From positions 682,001-746,000 of the forward strand of contig NZ_JMCB01000001.1 of the NCBI RefSeq assembly GCF_000737315.1: 64,000 bases of DNA. The letters run 5' to 3'. A program made the position numbers and the translations under genes. The notes below the pieces were generated by a model. That model was not told the origin of the DNA, did no database searches, and worked only from the letters and a program-made list of their open reading frames with translations. Shown piece by piece: positions 26,654 to 35,697 of the stretch (its first letter is position 1; each line of letters starts with the position of its first letter). Source of the stretch: Hyalangium minutum. GTDB taxonomy: Bacteria; Myxococcota; Myxococcia; Myxococcales; Myxococcaceae.

Positions 26654-27868
26654 TCAGCGGTACTTCAGCCAGGCCGCGAGCAGCTCGCCCACCATCTTGT
26701 TCACGCTGACGCCCGTGCGCCGCGCGATGGCCTCCAGCGCTTCGATCTGCTCTCCGGGCAGCGTCAGGCTGATCAACCGCTCGGAGGCGCTGCGGCCCTC
26801 CCTCGACGGCGGACCCTCCCTCACGGGATTGGAGGACATGGGCGTCACCTCGTCCTCCAGCGCCAGCACCTGGTCCGAGCTCGTCGTCTGCTTCAGCCGG
26901 CCCTGCTCCTCGTTCAGCTCGTCGTGGAACAGCTGCCGCAGGAAGTTGGAGAGGTGCTGCGGCGAGGGGGTGAAGTCGTACGTGCTGAGGAACGCGTCAA
27001 TCGCCGCACGCATCTCCCCTGCCGTCTGGTAGCGGCGCTCCCGGTCCTTCTCGAGCGCCTTCATGAGGATTTCCTCGACGGGCTCGGGGATGTCCGCCTT
27101 GAAGTAGGACGGGGCGTAGATCTTCCCGTCGGTGATGCTGCGCATCACCGCCACCTCGGACTCGCCGGTGAAGAGCTTGAAGCCGGTGAGCCACTCGTAG
27201 AGCACCACGCCCACGGAGAAGATGTCGCTGCGGCAGTCCAGCGGCTTGCCAAAGCACTGCTCGGGGCTCATGTAGCTCAGCTTGCCCTTCAGCTCGCCCG
27301 AGCGCGTCTGCTCCACTTGGTTGGCGGCCTTGGCGATGCCGAAGTCCAAGAGCTTCACCGTGCCGTCGAAGGACACGAAGACGTTCTCGGGCGTCACGTC
27401 CCGGTGGACGATGTTCAGCGGGTTGCCGTACAGGTCCACCTTCTTGTGTGCGTAGTGCAGCCCCGCGCACACGTCCGAGGCAATGCGCAGCGCATACACC
27501 AGCGGGAACGGAATCCCCAGCTGCTCGGCCTTGGGCATCACTCGCCGCATGTCCCGGCCGAAGATGTACTCCATGGCGATGAAGTAGCTCTCGCCAATCT
27601 TCCCCAAGTCATGGATCTGCACGATGTTGGGGTGGTTGAGCTGCGCTGCCAGCCGCGCCTCGTTCAGAAACATCTTCACGAACGTGGTGTGCTTGGACAG
27701 GTGCGGGCGGATGCGCTTGATGACGACGGGCCGCTCCAGGCCCTCGCCCTCCGTCTGCTGCGCCAGGAAAATCTCCGCCATGCCGCCCACGGCGATGCGG
27801 TCCACGAGCCGGTACTTGCCGAAGCGGACGGTGTCTCGCGAGACGTTGAGGGACGGGGAAGTGGACAT
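26654..27868 (-). CDS. pkn14: Cytoplasmic Ser/Thr kinase with a C-terminal ribbon-helix-helix-like domain; probable Pkn14 ortholog
   Basis: GGMAEIF, VIK, HRDVTPEN, DFG and YMSPE; no TM segment. The Pkn14 identity is inferred from size, lack of TM and proximity to mrpC, not from an alignment. Confidence 0.65.
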   Translation of the reverse strand: MSTSPSLNVSRDTVRFGKYRLVDRIAVGGMAEIFLAQQTEGEGLERPVVIKRIRPHLSKHTTFVKMFLNEARLAAQLNHPNIVQIHDLGKIGESYFIAMEYIFGRDMRRVMPKAEQLGIPFPLVYALRIASDVCAGLHYAHKKVDLYGNPLNIVHRDVTPENVFVSFDGTVKLLDFGIAKAANQVEQTRSGELKGKLSYMSPEQCFGKPLDCRSDIFSVGVVLYEWLTGFKLFTGESEVAVMRSITDGKIYAPSYFKADIPEPVEEILMKALEKDRERRYQTAGEMRAAIDAFLSTYDFTPSPQHLSNFLRQLFHDELNEEQGRLKQTTSSDQVLALEDEVTPMSSNPVREGPPSREGRSASERLISLTLPGEQIEALEAIARRTGVSVNKMVGELLAAWLKYR

Positions 27869-27878
27869 CGAGGCGACT

Positions 27879-28865
27879 CTACCGCAGTTGGACGACGTGC
27901 ACCTTGAGACCTGGAGGAGCCTCGGGCGACCACGGAAAATCGACCGGTGAGGGACCGAGCGCCAGCACCGAGCGCCCCTGCCGGCCCGCCCGCCCCACCC
28001 CTTCGAGCACCATGGCCTCGAAGCGGCGGGGTGTGAGGGTGGAGAGGTTGCAGCAGGCCACCAGCCTCCCTCCGGGGGCGACCAGGCGCGCGGCGGCCTC
28101 GGCCAGCTGGGGGTAGTCCCGGGCCGCGGAGAACCGCGCCGTCCGTGTGGTGGAGAAGGAGGGGGGATCCGAGATCACCACATCGAACCCCTGCCCCTTC
28201 TTCGCCAGGCGCCCGAGCCAATCGAACACGTCCCCCGCTACATAGTCGTAGCGGTCCACGGGCTGGCCGTTGAGGAGGGCGTTCTCCTCGCCCCAGTCCA
28301 GCACGCGGCGGCTGGTGTCGATGTTGAGCACCCGCGAGGCACCTGCCGCAGTGGCCACCACCCCAAAGGCACAGGTGTAGGAGAAGAGGTTGAGCACGGT
28401 GAGCCCCTTCACCTGCCCCAGCAGCCACGCTCGGGTCTCCCGCATGTCCAGGTACAGCCCCACCGAGAGCCCCTGGGCCGGGCGGATGAGGAAGCGCAGG
28501 CCGTTCTCCAGCGCCTCGAGGGACTCCACGGCCTCGCCTCGAGCGGGCTGCTCCGGGGCGATCACGTCCCGGGCGGTGTTCGCCAGCACCCGGGCCTCGC
28601 GGGGGCGGCGCTTGAGGTAGAGGCTGCGCGGGGACCAAGCCTCCTGGGCGGCGTCGAGCAGGGCCTGCTCCTCGACGGGGGTGAAGTCCCGGTAGAGGCT
28701 CACCACGTGGACGCCGGCGAAGGTGTCCACGGTGACGTCCGGCATGCCGTCCGGCACGCCGTTCACGAGGCGGAAGGCGGTGGTGCGTGCGTCCGAGAGC
28801 AGGGCGCCCCGCCTCTCCCGGGCGGAGCGAAGCCTGTCGACGAGGGAGGGGCTCGAGGGGCTCAT
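27879..28865 (-). CDS. RlmI/RlmK-like class I SAM-dependent rRNA methyltransferase
   Basis: FRLVNGVPDG, GLYLDMRETR, LNLFSYTCAFG, DVVISDPPSF. Confidence 0.85.
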   Translation of the reverse strand: MSPSSPSLVDRLRSARERRGALLSDARTTAFRLVNGVPDGMPDVTVDTFAGVHVVSLYRDFTPVEEQALLDAAQEAWSPRSLYLKRRPREARVLANTARDVIAPEQPARGEAVESLEALENGLRFLIRPAQGLSVGLYLDMRETRAWLLGQVKGLTVLNLFSYTCAFGVVATAAGASRVLNIDTSRRVLDWGEENALLNGQPVDRYDYVAGDVFDWLGRLAKKGQGFDVVISDPPSFSTTRTARFSAARDYPQLAEAAARLVAPGGRLVACCNLSTLTPRRFEAMVLEGVGRAGRQGRSVLALGPSPVDFPWSPEAPPGLKVHVVQLR

Positions 28866-28866
28866 C

Positions 28867-30195
28867 TCATCCCGAGAGGCGGGCGCGGGTCCAGATGCTG
28901 GTGAGCGCGGCGCTGGCGTCGGAGGCCAGCTCCGTGAAGTCCATGCCCAGCAGCTGGCCCTCGCGCATGGCGACGCGGCCGTTGACGAGGGTCCAGGCCA
29001 CCCGAGAGCGCGCGAGCTGGCCGAGCAGGTGCGGCGAGTAGCCGGTCTCCGGGTCCGCCGTGGGCACGTAGTCGTAGACGGCGAGATCAGCGATGCAGCC
29101 CTCCACCACCGTGCCCGAGGGCGCGCTGTAGATGCGGGTGCACAGCTCCGCCGGGCCGTTCACCAGCAACTGGGCCAAGGCGCCATCCGGATCCGGCAGG
29201 CGGCCGACGCGGGAGATGCGCATCAAGCCCATGAAGGCGGCGAGCACCTCGTCCCAGAGGGTGCCATGGCCGCTGGTGCCCAGACCGACAAGGTGGTGCC
29301 GGGCGAGGACGGCCTCCAGCGACTCACCGGCTCGCTCGGAGGTGAGGTGGGCACGGGGGCTGAGCGCCACGAAAGTGCCCGTGGCCACGAGCCGCTCGGC
29401 CTCGCCCGTGTCGATGCTCCGGGCCCGCGCCCCGATGCTCCGAGGCCCCAGGAGCCCCAGGTCCGCCAGCCGGGGCACGACGCGCTTGCCGTGCCGGGCG
29501 TAGGTGACGGCGAGATCGTCTTCCCCCTCCGCGAGGTGGAAGAGGATGGGGACCTCCAGCTCCGAGCCCAGGGCGCTCACCCGGCGCAGCAGGGTGTCCT
29601 CGCAGGTGTGGGAGCTCTGGAAGCCCAGGGCGCCGCGCACCAGCGGGTGGGTGCGGTAGCGCTGGGCGAACTCCGCGTTGGCCTCGAGACAGGACTCGGC
29701 GGCGCTGTCCCCGGCAAGGCTGTGGGTGGAATGGCCCGTGACGAGGCGAATGCCGAGCTGCTGGGCCACCCGCGCCTGCACCTCGAGCGCCCGGGCGACC
29801 GTCAGCGGGGCCTCCAGGTGCTCGACCACCAGGGAGATGCCACTCCGCAGGGACTGAGCAAGGGCGAAGCGGGTCAGCGCCTCGATCTCCCCGACCGTGA
29901 GCTGCGAGGCCACTTCCTTGCGTCGCTCCAGGCGGGCCGCCGGGGTGCGCAGGAGGAAGTTACCCGTGGGGGGGAGGAGCTGGCCCCCAACGAGGTGCGC
30001 ATGGCAGTCCACCAAGCCAGGGACCACGACGCGGCCCTTGCAGGCCACCTCCCAGTCGCCCGGGAGGACGGGGATCTCCGAGTCCGGGGCGACGCGGCGG
30101 ATGAGACCGTCCTGCACCACCAGGGCCATGCCGGTGCGGACTCGGCCGTCCGCCCGGAAGACGGCGCAGTTTTTGAGCAGCAGGCGGCCTTCCAT
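28867..30195 (-). CDS. Amidohydrolase superfamily protein (SsnA/deaminase-like) with partly lost metal ligands
   Basis: PGLVDCHAH and FHLAEG present; later ligand positions read GFQSS, IGAR and LGTSG; C-terminal ADLAVYDY...VNGRV. Confidence 0.75.
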   Translation of the reverse strand: MEGRLLLKNCAVFRADGRVRTGMALVVQDGLIRRVAPDSEIPVLPGDWEVACKGRVVVPGLVDCHAHLVGGQLLPPTGNFLLRTPAARLERRKEVASQLTVGEIEALTRFALAQSLRSGISLVVEHLEAPLTVARALEVQARVAQQLGIRLVTGHSTHSLAGDSAAESCLEANAEFAQRYRTHPLVRGALGFQSSHTCEDTLLRRVSALGSELEVPILFHLAEGEDDLAVTYARHGKRVVPRLADLGLLGPRSIGARARSIDTGEAERLVATGTFVALSPRAHLTSERAGESLEAVLARHHLVGLGTSGHGTLWDEVLAAFMGLMRISRVGRLPDPDGALAQLLVNGPAELCTRIYSAPSGTVVEGCIADLAVYDYVPTADPETGYSPHLLGQLARSRVAWTLVNGRVAMREGQLLGMDFTELASDASAALTSIWTRARLSG

Positions 30196-30283
30196 GCGCG
30201 CCCTCTCTTAGCATGCCCGGAAGGTAGCGTCCCCGCCGTTGCGCGGGCGATGATGGCGCCGGCTCCCGGCCGCGCCCGTCCGC

Positions 30284-31678
30284 ATGCTCTTCAACACCGC
30301 CCTGTTCTGGCTGTTCTTCGCTGTCTTCTTCGTGGCGTTTCACTTCGCCGCGAGGACGCGCGTGGCGAAGCTGTGGCTCGTGGTGGTGGGCAGCCTGCTC
30401 TTCTACGGCGCGTGGGACCTGCGCTGCGTGCCGCTGCTGCTGGGCACCGCGCTGCTGGACTTCTGGATCGCCCTGCGCCTGTCGCGCTCCCAGGACGAGC
30501 GGAAGCGCCGCGTGCTGCTGGCCACGAGCATCGTCGCGAACCTGGGAGTGCTGGGCTTCTTCAAGTACGCGCGCTTCTTCGCGGACTCGGCACACGGGCT
30601 GCTCGGGGCGCTGGGGGTGGCGCTGCCGGAGCCCACGTTCTCGCTCCTGCTCCCGGCGGGCATCTCCTTCTATACGTTCCAGAGCATGAGCTACACCATC
30701 GACGTCTACCGCCGGGAGCTGCCCGCACGCGAGCGCCCCGAGGAGTTCCTGGCGGCGGTGTCGTTCTTCCCGCACCTCGTGGCGGGCCCCATCATCCGCG
30801 CCTCCGTGCTGCTGCCGCAGTTCGAGCAGATGCAGGCGCCTCGCTGGGAGCAGGTGCGGCGCGGGTACCTCCTCATCGCGGTGGGACTGCTGAAGAAGAC
30901 GGTGGCGGATCTGCTCGCGGGGCCCGCGGATGCGCTCTTCCACGGGTCGGGCGCCACGAGCGCGCTGGAGGCCTGGACAGGGGCGCTGGCGTTCACCGGG
31001 CAGATCTACGGGGACTTCTCCGGGTACACGGACATCGCCATCGGCGTGGCGCTGCTGCTGGGCTTCGTGCTGCCGCCCAACTTCGATCTGCCGTACCTGG
31101 CCACCTCGCCCATCGACTTCTGGCGCCGCTGGCACCTGTCACTGTCCACGTGGCTGAGGGACTACCTCTACATCCCGCTCGGAGGAAACCGAGGGCACCG
31201 CTACCGCAACCTGATGCTGACCATGCTGCTGGGCGGGCTGTGGCACGGGGCCAACTGGACCTTTGTCCTCTGGGGCCTGTACCACGGGCTGCTGCTCGTG
31301 GTGGCGCACCAGCTGGTGGATCGCTTCCCCGGGCTGAAGCAGACGCCCTCGGCGGCGGTGCTCTGGGCGAAGCGGCTGGGGACGCTGTACCTCGTGGTGC
31401 TCGGCTGGGTGCTGTTCCGCGCGGAGAGCCTGCCTGAAGCGCTCCGGGTGCTGCAGGGCATGCACATGCCCACCCTGGCCTCCAGCTTCACCTGGCCCGC
31501 CGTGCTTACCCTGCTCTTCGTGGTGGCGGGGCTCGTGCTGTGCCATGCGGCCTCGGCGCTCGCGGAGAAGACAGAGCTGCGCCAGCGCCCCATCCTGTGG
31601 CCCGTGGTGACCGCGTGTTTCGCCGTGGCCATGGTCATCGGGACGCAGGGCCACAGCTTCATCTACTTCCAGTTCTGA
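30284..31678 (+). CDS. MBOAT family O-acyltransferase (AlgI/DltB-like)
   Basis: LGFFKY, PAGISFYTFQSMSY, FFPHLVAGPI, DFSGYTDIA, FWRRWHLSLSTWLRDYLYIPLGG, GLWHGA. Confidence 0.93.
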   Translation: MLFNTALFWLFFAVFFVAFHFAARTRVAKLWLVVVGSLLFYGAWDLRCVPLLLGTALLDFWIALRLSRSQDERKRRVLLATSIVANLGVLGFFKYARFFADSAHGLLGALGVALPEPTFSLLLPAGISFYTFQSMSYTIDVYRRELPARERPEEFLAAVSFFPHLVAGPIIRASVLLPQFEQMQAPRWEQVRRGYLLIAVGLLKKTVADLLAGPADALFHGSGATSALEAWTGALAFTGQIYGDFSGYTDIAIGVALLLGFVLPPNFDLPYLATSPIDFWRRWHLSLSTWLRDYLYIPLGGNRGHRYRNLMLTMLLGGLWHGANWTFVLWGLYHGLLLVVAHQLVDRFPGLKQTPSAAVLWAKRLGTLYLVVLGWVLFRAESLPEALRVLQGMHMPTLASSFTWPAVLTLLFVVAGLVLCHAASALAEKTELRQRPILWPVVTACFAVAMVIGTQGHSFIYFQF

Positions 31679-31685
31679 GCCGCCC

Positions 31686-32918
31686 GTGACTTCCCCCTCC
31701 CCCTCCAGCGAACGGATCGCCGCCCGGACCCTCGGGGTGGGGCTCGTGTTGCTGCTGGCTGCGCTGGGGCTGGCGCGCGGGCTCGCGGCCCTCGTGGAGC
31801 GGGGTTCGCCTCCGGAGAGACTCCACCAGTTCAGTGAAGGCACCGAGCGGCTCGTGAACTTCCTGGACGCGCTGCCGGGGATTGCTCAGCGTGACGATGC
31901 GGTGATCGTCTTCGGCTCCTCGATCATCCAGCACGGCTTCTCTCCGGAGACCTTCGAGCAACACGTGGGCGCGCCCGTCACCGCGTACAACGTGGGTTTC
32001 CCGGGCGTGGATCCCGAGACCCAGTCCCTGCTCGCGCGCAGGGTGGCGAGCACCTTCGAGCCCACCGGCCACAAGGCCCTGCTCGCCCTGGTCGAGTTCA
32101 CCCCGTTCCAAGCCACGCTGGCGCGCGGCCGGGCCGTGAACTTCCGGGAGCTGTCGGCCATCAAGAAAGCCCTGCTGGCGGATCCGCTCGCACTGGCCCG
32201 GATCGCGCGGCGCTCGCCCGAGGAGGCCTCGCACCTGGCCGCGCTGCGGCTGCTGGGAGGGAGCTCGCCCAAGGTGATGAAGTCGCTCCTGGAGGACCAG
32301 TTCCTCGACAGACAGCAGCCGGACTGGTGGCCCGTGCCCGAGTCGCTCGATGCGGTCCTGTTGGAGCGCAGGGACTGGGTGACCCGCATCCACGAGGGGC
32401 GGATGGCCGCCGAGCACCGCCAGCTCCCCGAGTGGGATCCCGTGCACCGGGGCGAGGTGCGCTGGATCTTCGACGGGACGCGCGAGGACTACCTCGCCTG
32501 GGCCCGGCTGCGCAGCACCCCGGAGGCGCTGAAACCAGACCTGGAGTGGCGCATCGAGACGAGCGACATCCTGGAGCTGCGCTTCGATGAGGAACAGGTG
32601 CGGTACTTCATCGAGGCCGTGCGAGCCCTGGCCTCGGTGTCGCGGGAGACGCGGGTGGTGCTGGCGCCTCGGAACCCGGCGTGGAACCAGCCCACCCCCG
32701 GGGGCCGTGCCCGCCTGGCTGCCGTGCTGGCGCTCATCGAGAAGGAGACGGGCGCGAAGGTGCTGGACCTGGCCGAGAGCCCCGAGTTCACCGCCGAGGA
32801 CTTCATCGACGTGACCCACCTCAACGAGTCGAGTGGGCGGCCCAAGTTCTCGCGTCGGCTGGCCGAGGCAGTGGCCGAGCAGTGGGGCCGGGGCGTGGCC
32901 AAGGACGCAGCCCCCTGA
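31686..32918 (+). CDS. SGNH/AlgJ-DltD-like periplasmic partner of the MBOAT
   Basis: N-terminal TM segment, FGSS nucleophile motif, YNVGFPG, and a C-terminal D-x-x-H (FIDVTHLN). Confidence 0.7.
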   Translation: MTSPSPSSERIAARTLGVGLVLLLAALGLARGLAALVERGSPPERLHQFSEGTERLVNFLDALPGIAQRDDAVIVFGSSIIQHGFSPETFEQHVGAPVTAYNVGFPGVDPETQSLLARRVASTFEPTGHKALLALVEFTPFQATLARGRAVNFRELSAIKKALLADPLALARIARRSPEEASHLAALRLLGGSSPKVMKSLLEDQFLDRQQPDWWPVPESLDAVLLERRDWVTRIHEGRMAAEHRQLPEWDPVHRGEVRWIFDGTREDYLAWARLRSTPEALKPDLEWRIETSDILELRFDEEQVRYFIEAVRALASVSRETRVVLAPRNPAWNQPTPGGRARLAAVLALIEKETGAKVLDLAESPEFTAEDFIDVTHLNESSGRPKFSRRLAEAVAEQWGRGVAKDAAP

Positions 32919-32952
32919 TCTCCCGCCCCCGAGGGCGGGTATACTGGGAGTG

Positions 32953-34203
32953 ATGACCGCGTCGACCCCTGCCCTGGCCTCTGGGCCCTCCCCTGCTACC
33001 GCCCCGCGCGGGAGCCTGCCCTTCCGGGGGCTGTGGCTCTTCTCGCCCCGGGCGGACGCGGCGTTCCTGGCGCTGCCCCTCCTGCTGACGGTGGGCTCGG
33101 CGGTGGTGAGCGCGCTGGTGGGGCTCCGGGCGGGGGACGAGGTGAACCGGCTCGCGGTCTGGACGGCGCAAAACATCCTCGGCAACGGCACCCACGTGGT
33201 GCTCACCTACCTGCTCTTCGCGGTGCACCGGGACGTGCTCACCGCCGAGGCGAAGCAGCCGCGCACCATCCTGGCGGGGACGCTGGGCATGCTGGCGGTG
33301 GGCGCGGGGTTCATCTTCACGTACTACGCGAACAAGGACGCGCACATCTACGTGGTGGGCGTGCTGTTCAACGTGTTCGGGCTGCACCACACGCTGTCGC
33401 AGCACAAGGGCTTCTGGGCGCTGCACACGCTGCGCTCGCATCAGGCCGGGCTGGGGCCGGGCAACCCTCGGGAGCGCACGCTCCAGCAGACGTACGTGCC
33501 GCTGATGCTGAGCCTCATCCTGGTGCGGCTCTTCTTCATCCCGGACTCGGCCGAGCCGGGGGCCACGCCCTACCTGGACGTGGGCCAGGGAGCACTGCTG
33601 CCCCACGGCATGCTCGCGGTGTTCCTGGCGGTGTGGCTCGGCTTCTTCGCGCTGCTGTTCCGCACGGTGCTGCGCGCGGGAAATGCCACGGGGCCCAAGG
33701 TGCTCTACCTGCTCGCGGTGGCCACGGCGACGGGGCTGACGCTCGTGTCGCCCATGTGGGGCAACGTGATGCTGCCGGCCATGCACGGGCTCGAGTACTA
33801 CATGATCACCGCGCGGATGATGGAGCCGCGCGAGGGCGATCCGCCGGCCCGCCTGGGGCGCGCGTGGATCTGGCCGCTGATGATCCTCTCGATGCTGCCG
33901 CTGCTCTCGCTGGGCGTCATCCACGGGCTCATCCTGGATGGGGCGGGCCGAGGCACCCTGGGCTCGGGCGATCCGATCGGGAGCAGCTCGCACCTGGTGC
34001 TGCGGGTGCTCACGTCGCTGAGCCTCGGGGTGGTGCTGGCGCACTACTTCGCGGACGCGTTCATCTACCGGTTCCGCATCCCGAGCATCCGCAAGGTGAT
34101 GCTGCGCAGGCTCGGCTTCGCGCCCGCCTCGGCCCCGGCAGCAGCCCCCATGGCCTCCGCCGCTCCGAGCGCCTCGATGCCGCCCATGGCGAGCGTGGGG
34201 TAG
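32953..34203 (+). CDS. Polytopic membrane protein with conserved-looking His/Gln/Glu/Asp motifs
   Basis: About 10 hydrophobic segments with THVVLT, HHTLSQHKG, MHGLEYY and HYFADAFIY; ATG 32953 (or GTG 32950). Confidence 0.7.
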   Translation: MTASTPALASGPSPATAPRGSLPFRGLWLFSPRADAAFLALPLLLTVGSAVVSALVGLRAGDEVNRLAVWTAQNILGNGTHVVLTYLLFAVHRDVLTAEAKQPRTILAGTLGMLAVGAGFIFTYYANKDAHIYVVGVLFNVFGLHHTLSQHKGFWALHTLRSHQAGLGPGNPRERTLQQTYVPLMLSLILVRLFFIPDSAEPGATPYLDVGQGALLPHGMLAVFLAVWLGFFALLFRTVLRAGNATGPKVLYLLAVATATGLTLVSPMWGNVMLPAMHGLEYYMITARMMEPREGDPPARLGRAWIWPLMILSMLPLLSLGVIHGLILDGAGRGTLGSGDPIGSSSHLVLRVLTSLSLGVVLAHYFADAFIYRFRIPSIRKVMLRRLGFAPASAPAAAPMASAAPSASMPPMASVG

Positions 34204-34209
34204 CCCTCT

Positions 34210-35697
34210 GTGAACCGACGGGCCCTGCTGCTCCCCGGACCGGCCGCACTGCTCGCCCTGTATTTCGGCGTGAAGCTCGGGGTGTCACCGCTCAAGCACT
34301 ACGACTTGTTCTTCCACCTGGCGGGTGGGCGCTACGTGCTGGAGCACGGCTTCAACCGGGTGGATCCGTTCAGCGTCACGGGAACCTCGGGCTGGGTGCC
34401 GCATGAGTGGGGCTTCGGCGTGCTGGCGGTGCTGCTGACGAAGGTGCTGGGAGCGGCGGGCCCGGCGCTGCTCACGGCGTCCCTGGTGGCAGCCAACCTG
34501 ATGGTGCTGTGGGCCGCGTTCGGCCGGGCAGCGCCTCGGAGGGGCCTGCTGGCGTTGGGTGCGCTCAGCCTCGTGCTCATCGTCCAGGCGTACACCTGGA
34601 GCCAGGAGCGGCCCTTCCATGTGGGCCACCTGCTGTTCGCCCTCACGGTGCTCGGAGCGCTGGCGTGGCGTGCGAGGAACGACCGCGTCCTGTGGTTCGC
34701 GCCGCTGATGGGCGTGGCGTGGGCCAACCTGCACGGGAGCTGGCTGCTGGGCCCGGTGTTCCTGGGGACCACGGCGGTGGGCCACGCGCTGGATGTGCCC
34801 GAGCAGCGCCCCCGGGCCTACCGCGCCATCGCCGCGAGCATCGTCATGTTCCTCGTGGCCGCCGTGTCTCCGAGCGGCCCGAGCATCTGGCTCTACCCCC
34901 TCCACCACTCGGTGCTGAAGTCCACGCAGAACATCAACGAGTGGGTGCCGCTGGATCTCGCGATGGGCTGGAGCTGGGCGTACCTGCTGCTGCTGGGCAT
35001 CGCGATCTTCTGCGTGGGACAGGCGCCGGTGCGGCGCGTGGCCATCCTGCTGCCCGCGGTGGGGCTGGGCATCGCGGCGCTGAAGGTGCAGCGGCATGCG
35101 CCGTTTGCCTCGGTGCTCGTAGCGCTGGCACTGCTGGAGCACTCGCTGTCGGGGCGCACCTACGCGTGGCCGGAGTTCCTCCGTCGTCCGGTCCGGGCAC
35201 TCGATGAGCGCTTCGCACGCTGGAGCGCCAGCGCCCAGGGAGCCATCTGGCCCGCGCTGGCGCTGCTCCTGCTGGCGGGGGTGAGCTGGCAGAGACCGGT
35301 GCCAGTGGAGCAAGGCGTGATGCGCTCGCGCTTCCCGATGGCCTGCTTCGAGGCGCTGCGCAAGCTGCCACCAGGCAAGGTGCTCAACCGCTTCATCATC
35401 GGCGGGGCCGTCTCCTACTTCGCGGGGCCGGACTACAAGGTCTTCATCGACAGCCGAAACGATCCCTTCCCCCAACCCATCCACGACGCCTACACGCATC
35501 TGGTCTGGGGCGAGCCGGGGTGGGAGGAGTCGCTCGCCCAGTACGACCCGGACTACCTCCTGTGGGACTTGGAGAACCCGGGTAACATCCTCCTCGATCA
35601 GCTCCAGGTGCGCGGCGGCTGGCGTGAGGAGGCCCGCGAGGGCAACTACGTGCTCTGGGTCCGCAACCGCTCGTCCGCGTCTTCGAGCTCACGATGA
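34210..35697 (+). CDS. GT-C-like polytopic membrane protein
   Basis: First-loop YDLFFHLAGG...DPFS...HEWGF, WANLHG, INEWVP, and a C-terminal soluble FIDSRNDP domain. Confidence 0.6.
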   Translation: MNRRALLLPGPAALLALYFGVKLGVSPLKHYDLFFHLAGGRYVLEHGFNRVDPFSVTGTSGWVPHEWGFGVLAVLLTKVLGAAGPALLTASLVAANLMVLWAAFGRAAPRRGLLALGALSLVLIVQAYTWSQERPFHVGHLLFALTVLGALAWRARNDRVLWFAPLMGVAWANLHGSWLLGPVFLGTTAVGHALDVPEQRPRAYRAIAASIVMFLVAAVSPSGPSIWLYPLHHSVLKSTQNINEWVPLDLAMGWSWAYLLLLGIAIFCVGQAPVRRVAILLPAVGLGIAALKVQRHAPFASVLVALALLEHSLSGRTYAWPEFLRRPVRALDERFARWSASAQGAIWPALALLLLAGVSWQRPVPVEQGVMRSRFPMACFEALRKLPPGKVLNRFIIGGAVSYFAGPDYKVFIDSRNDPFPQPIHDAYTHLVWGEPGWEESLAQYDPDYLLWDLENPGNILLDQLQVRGGWREEAREGNYVLWVRNRSSASSSSR

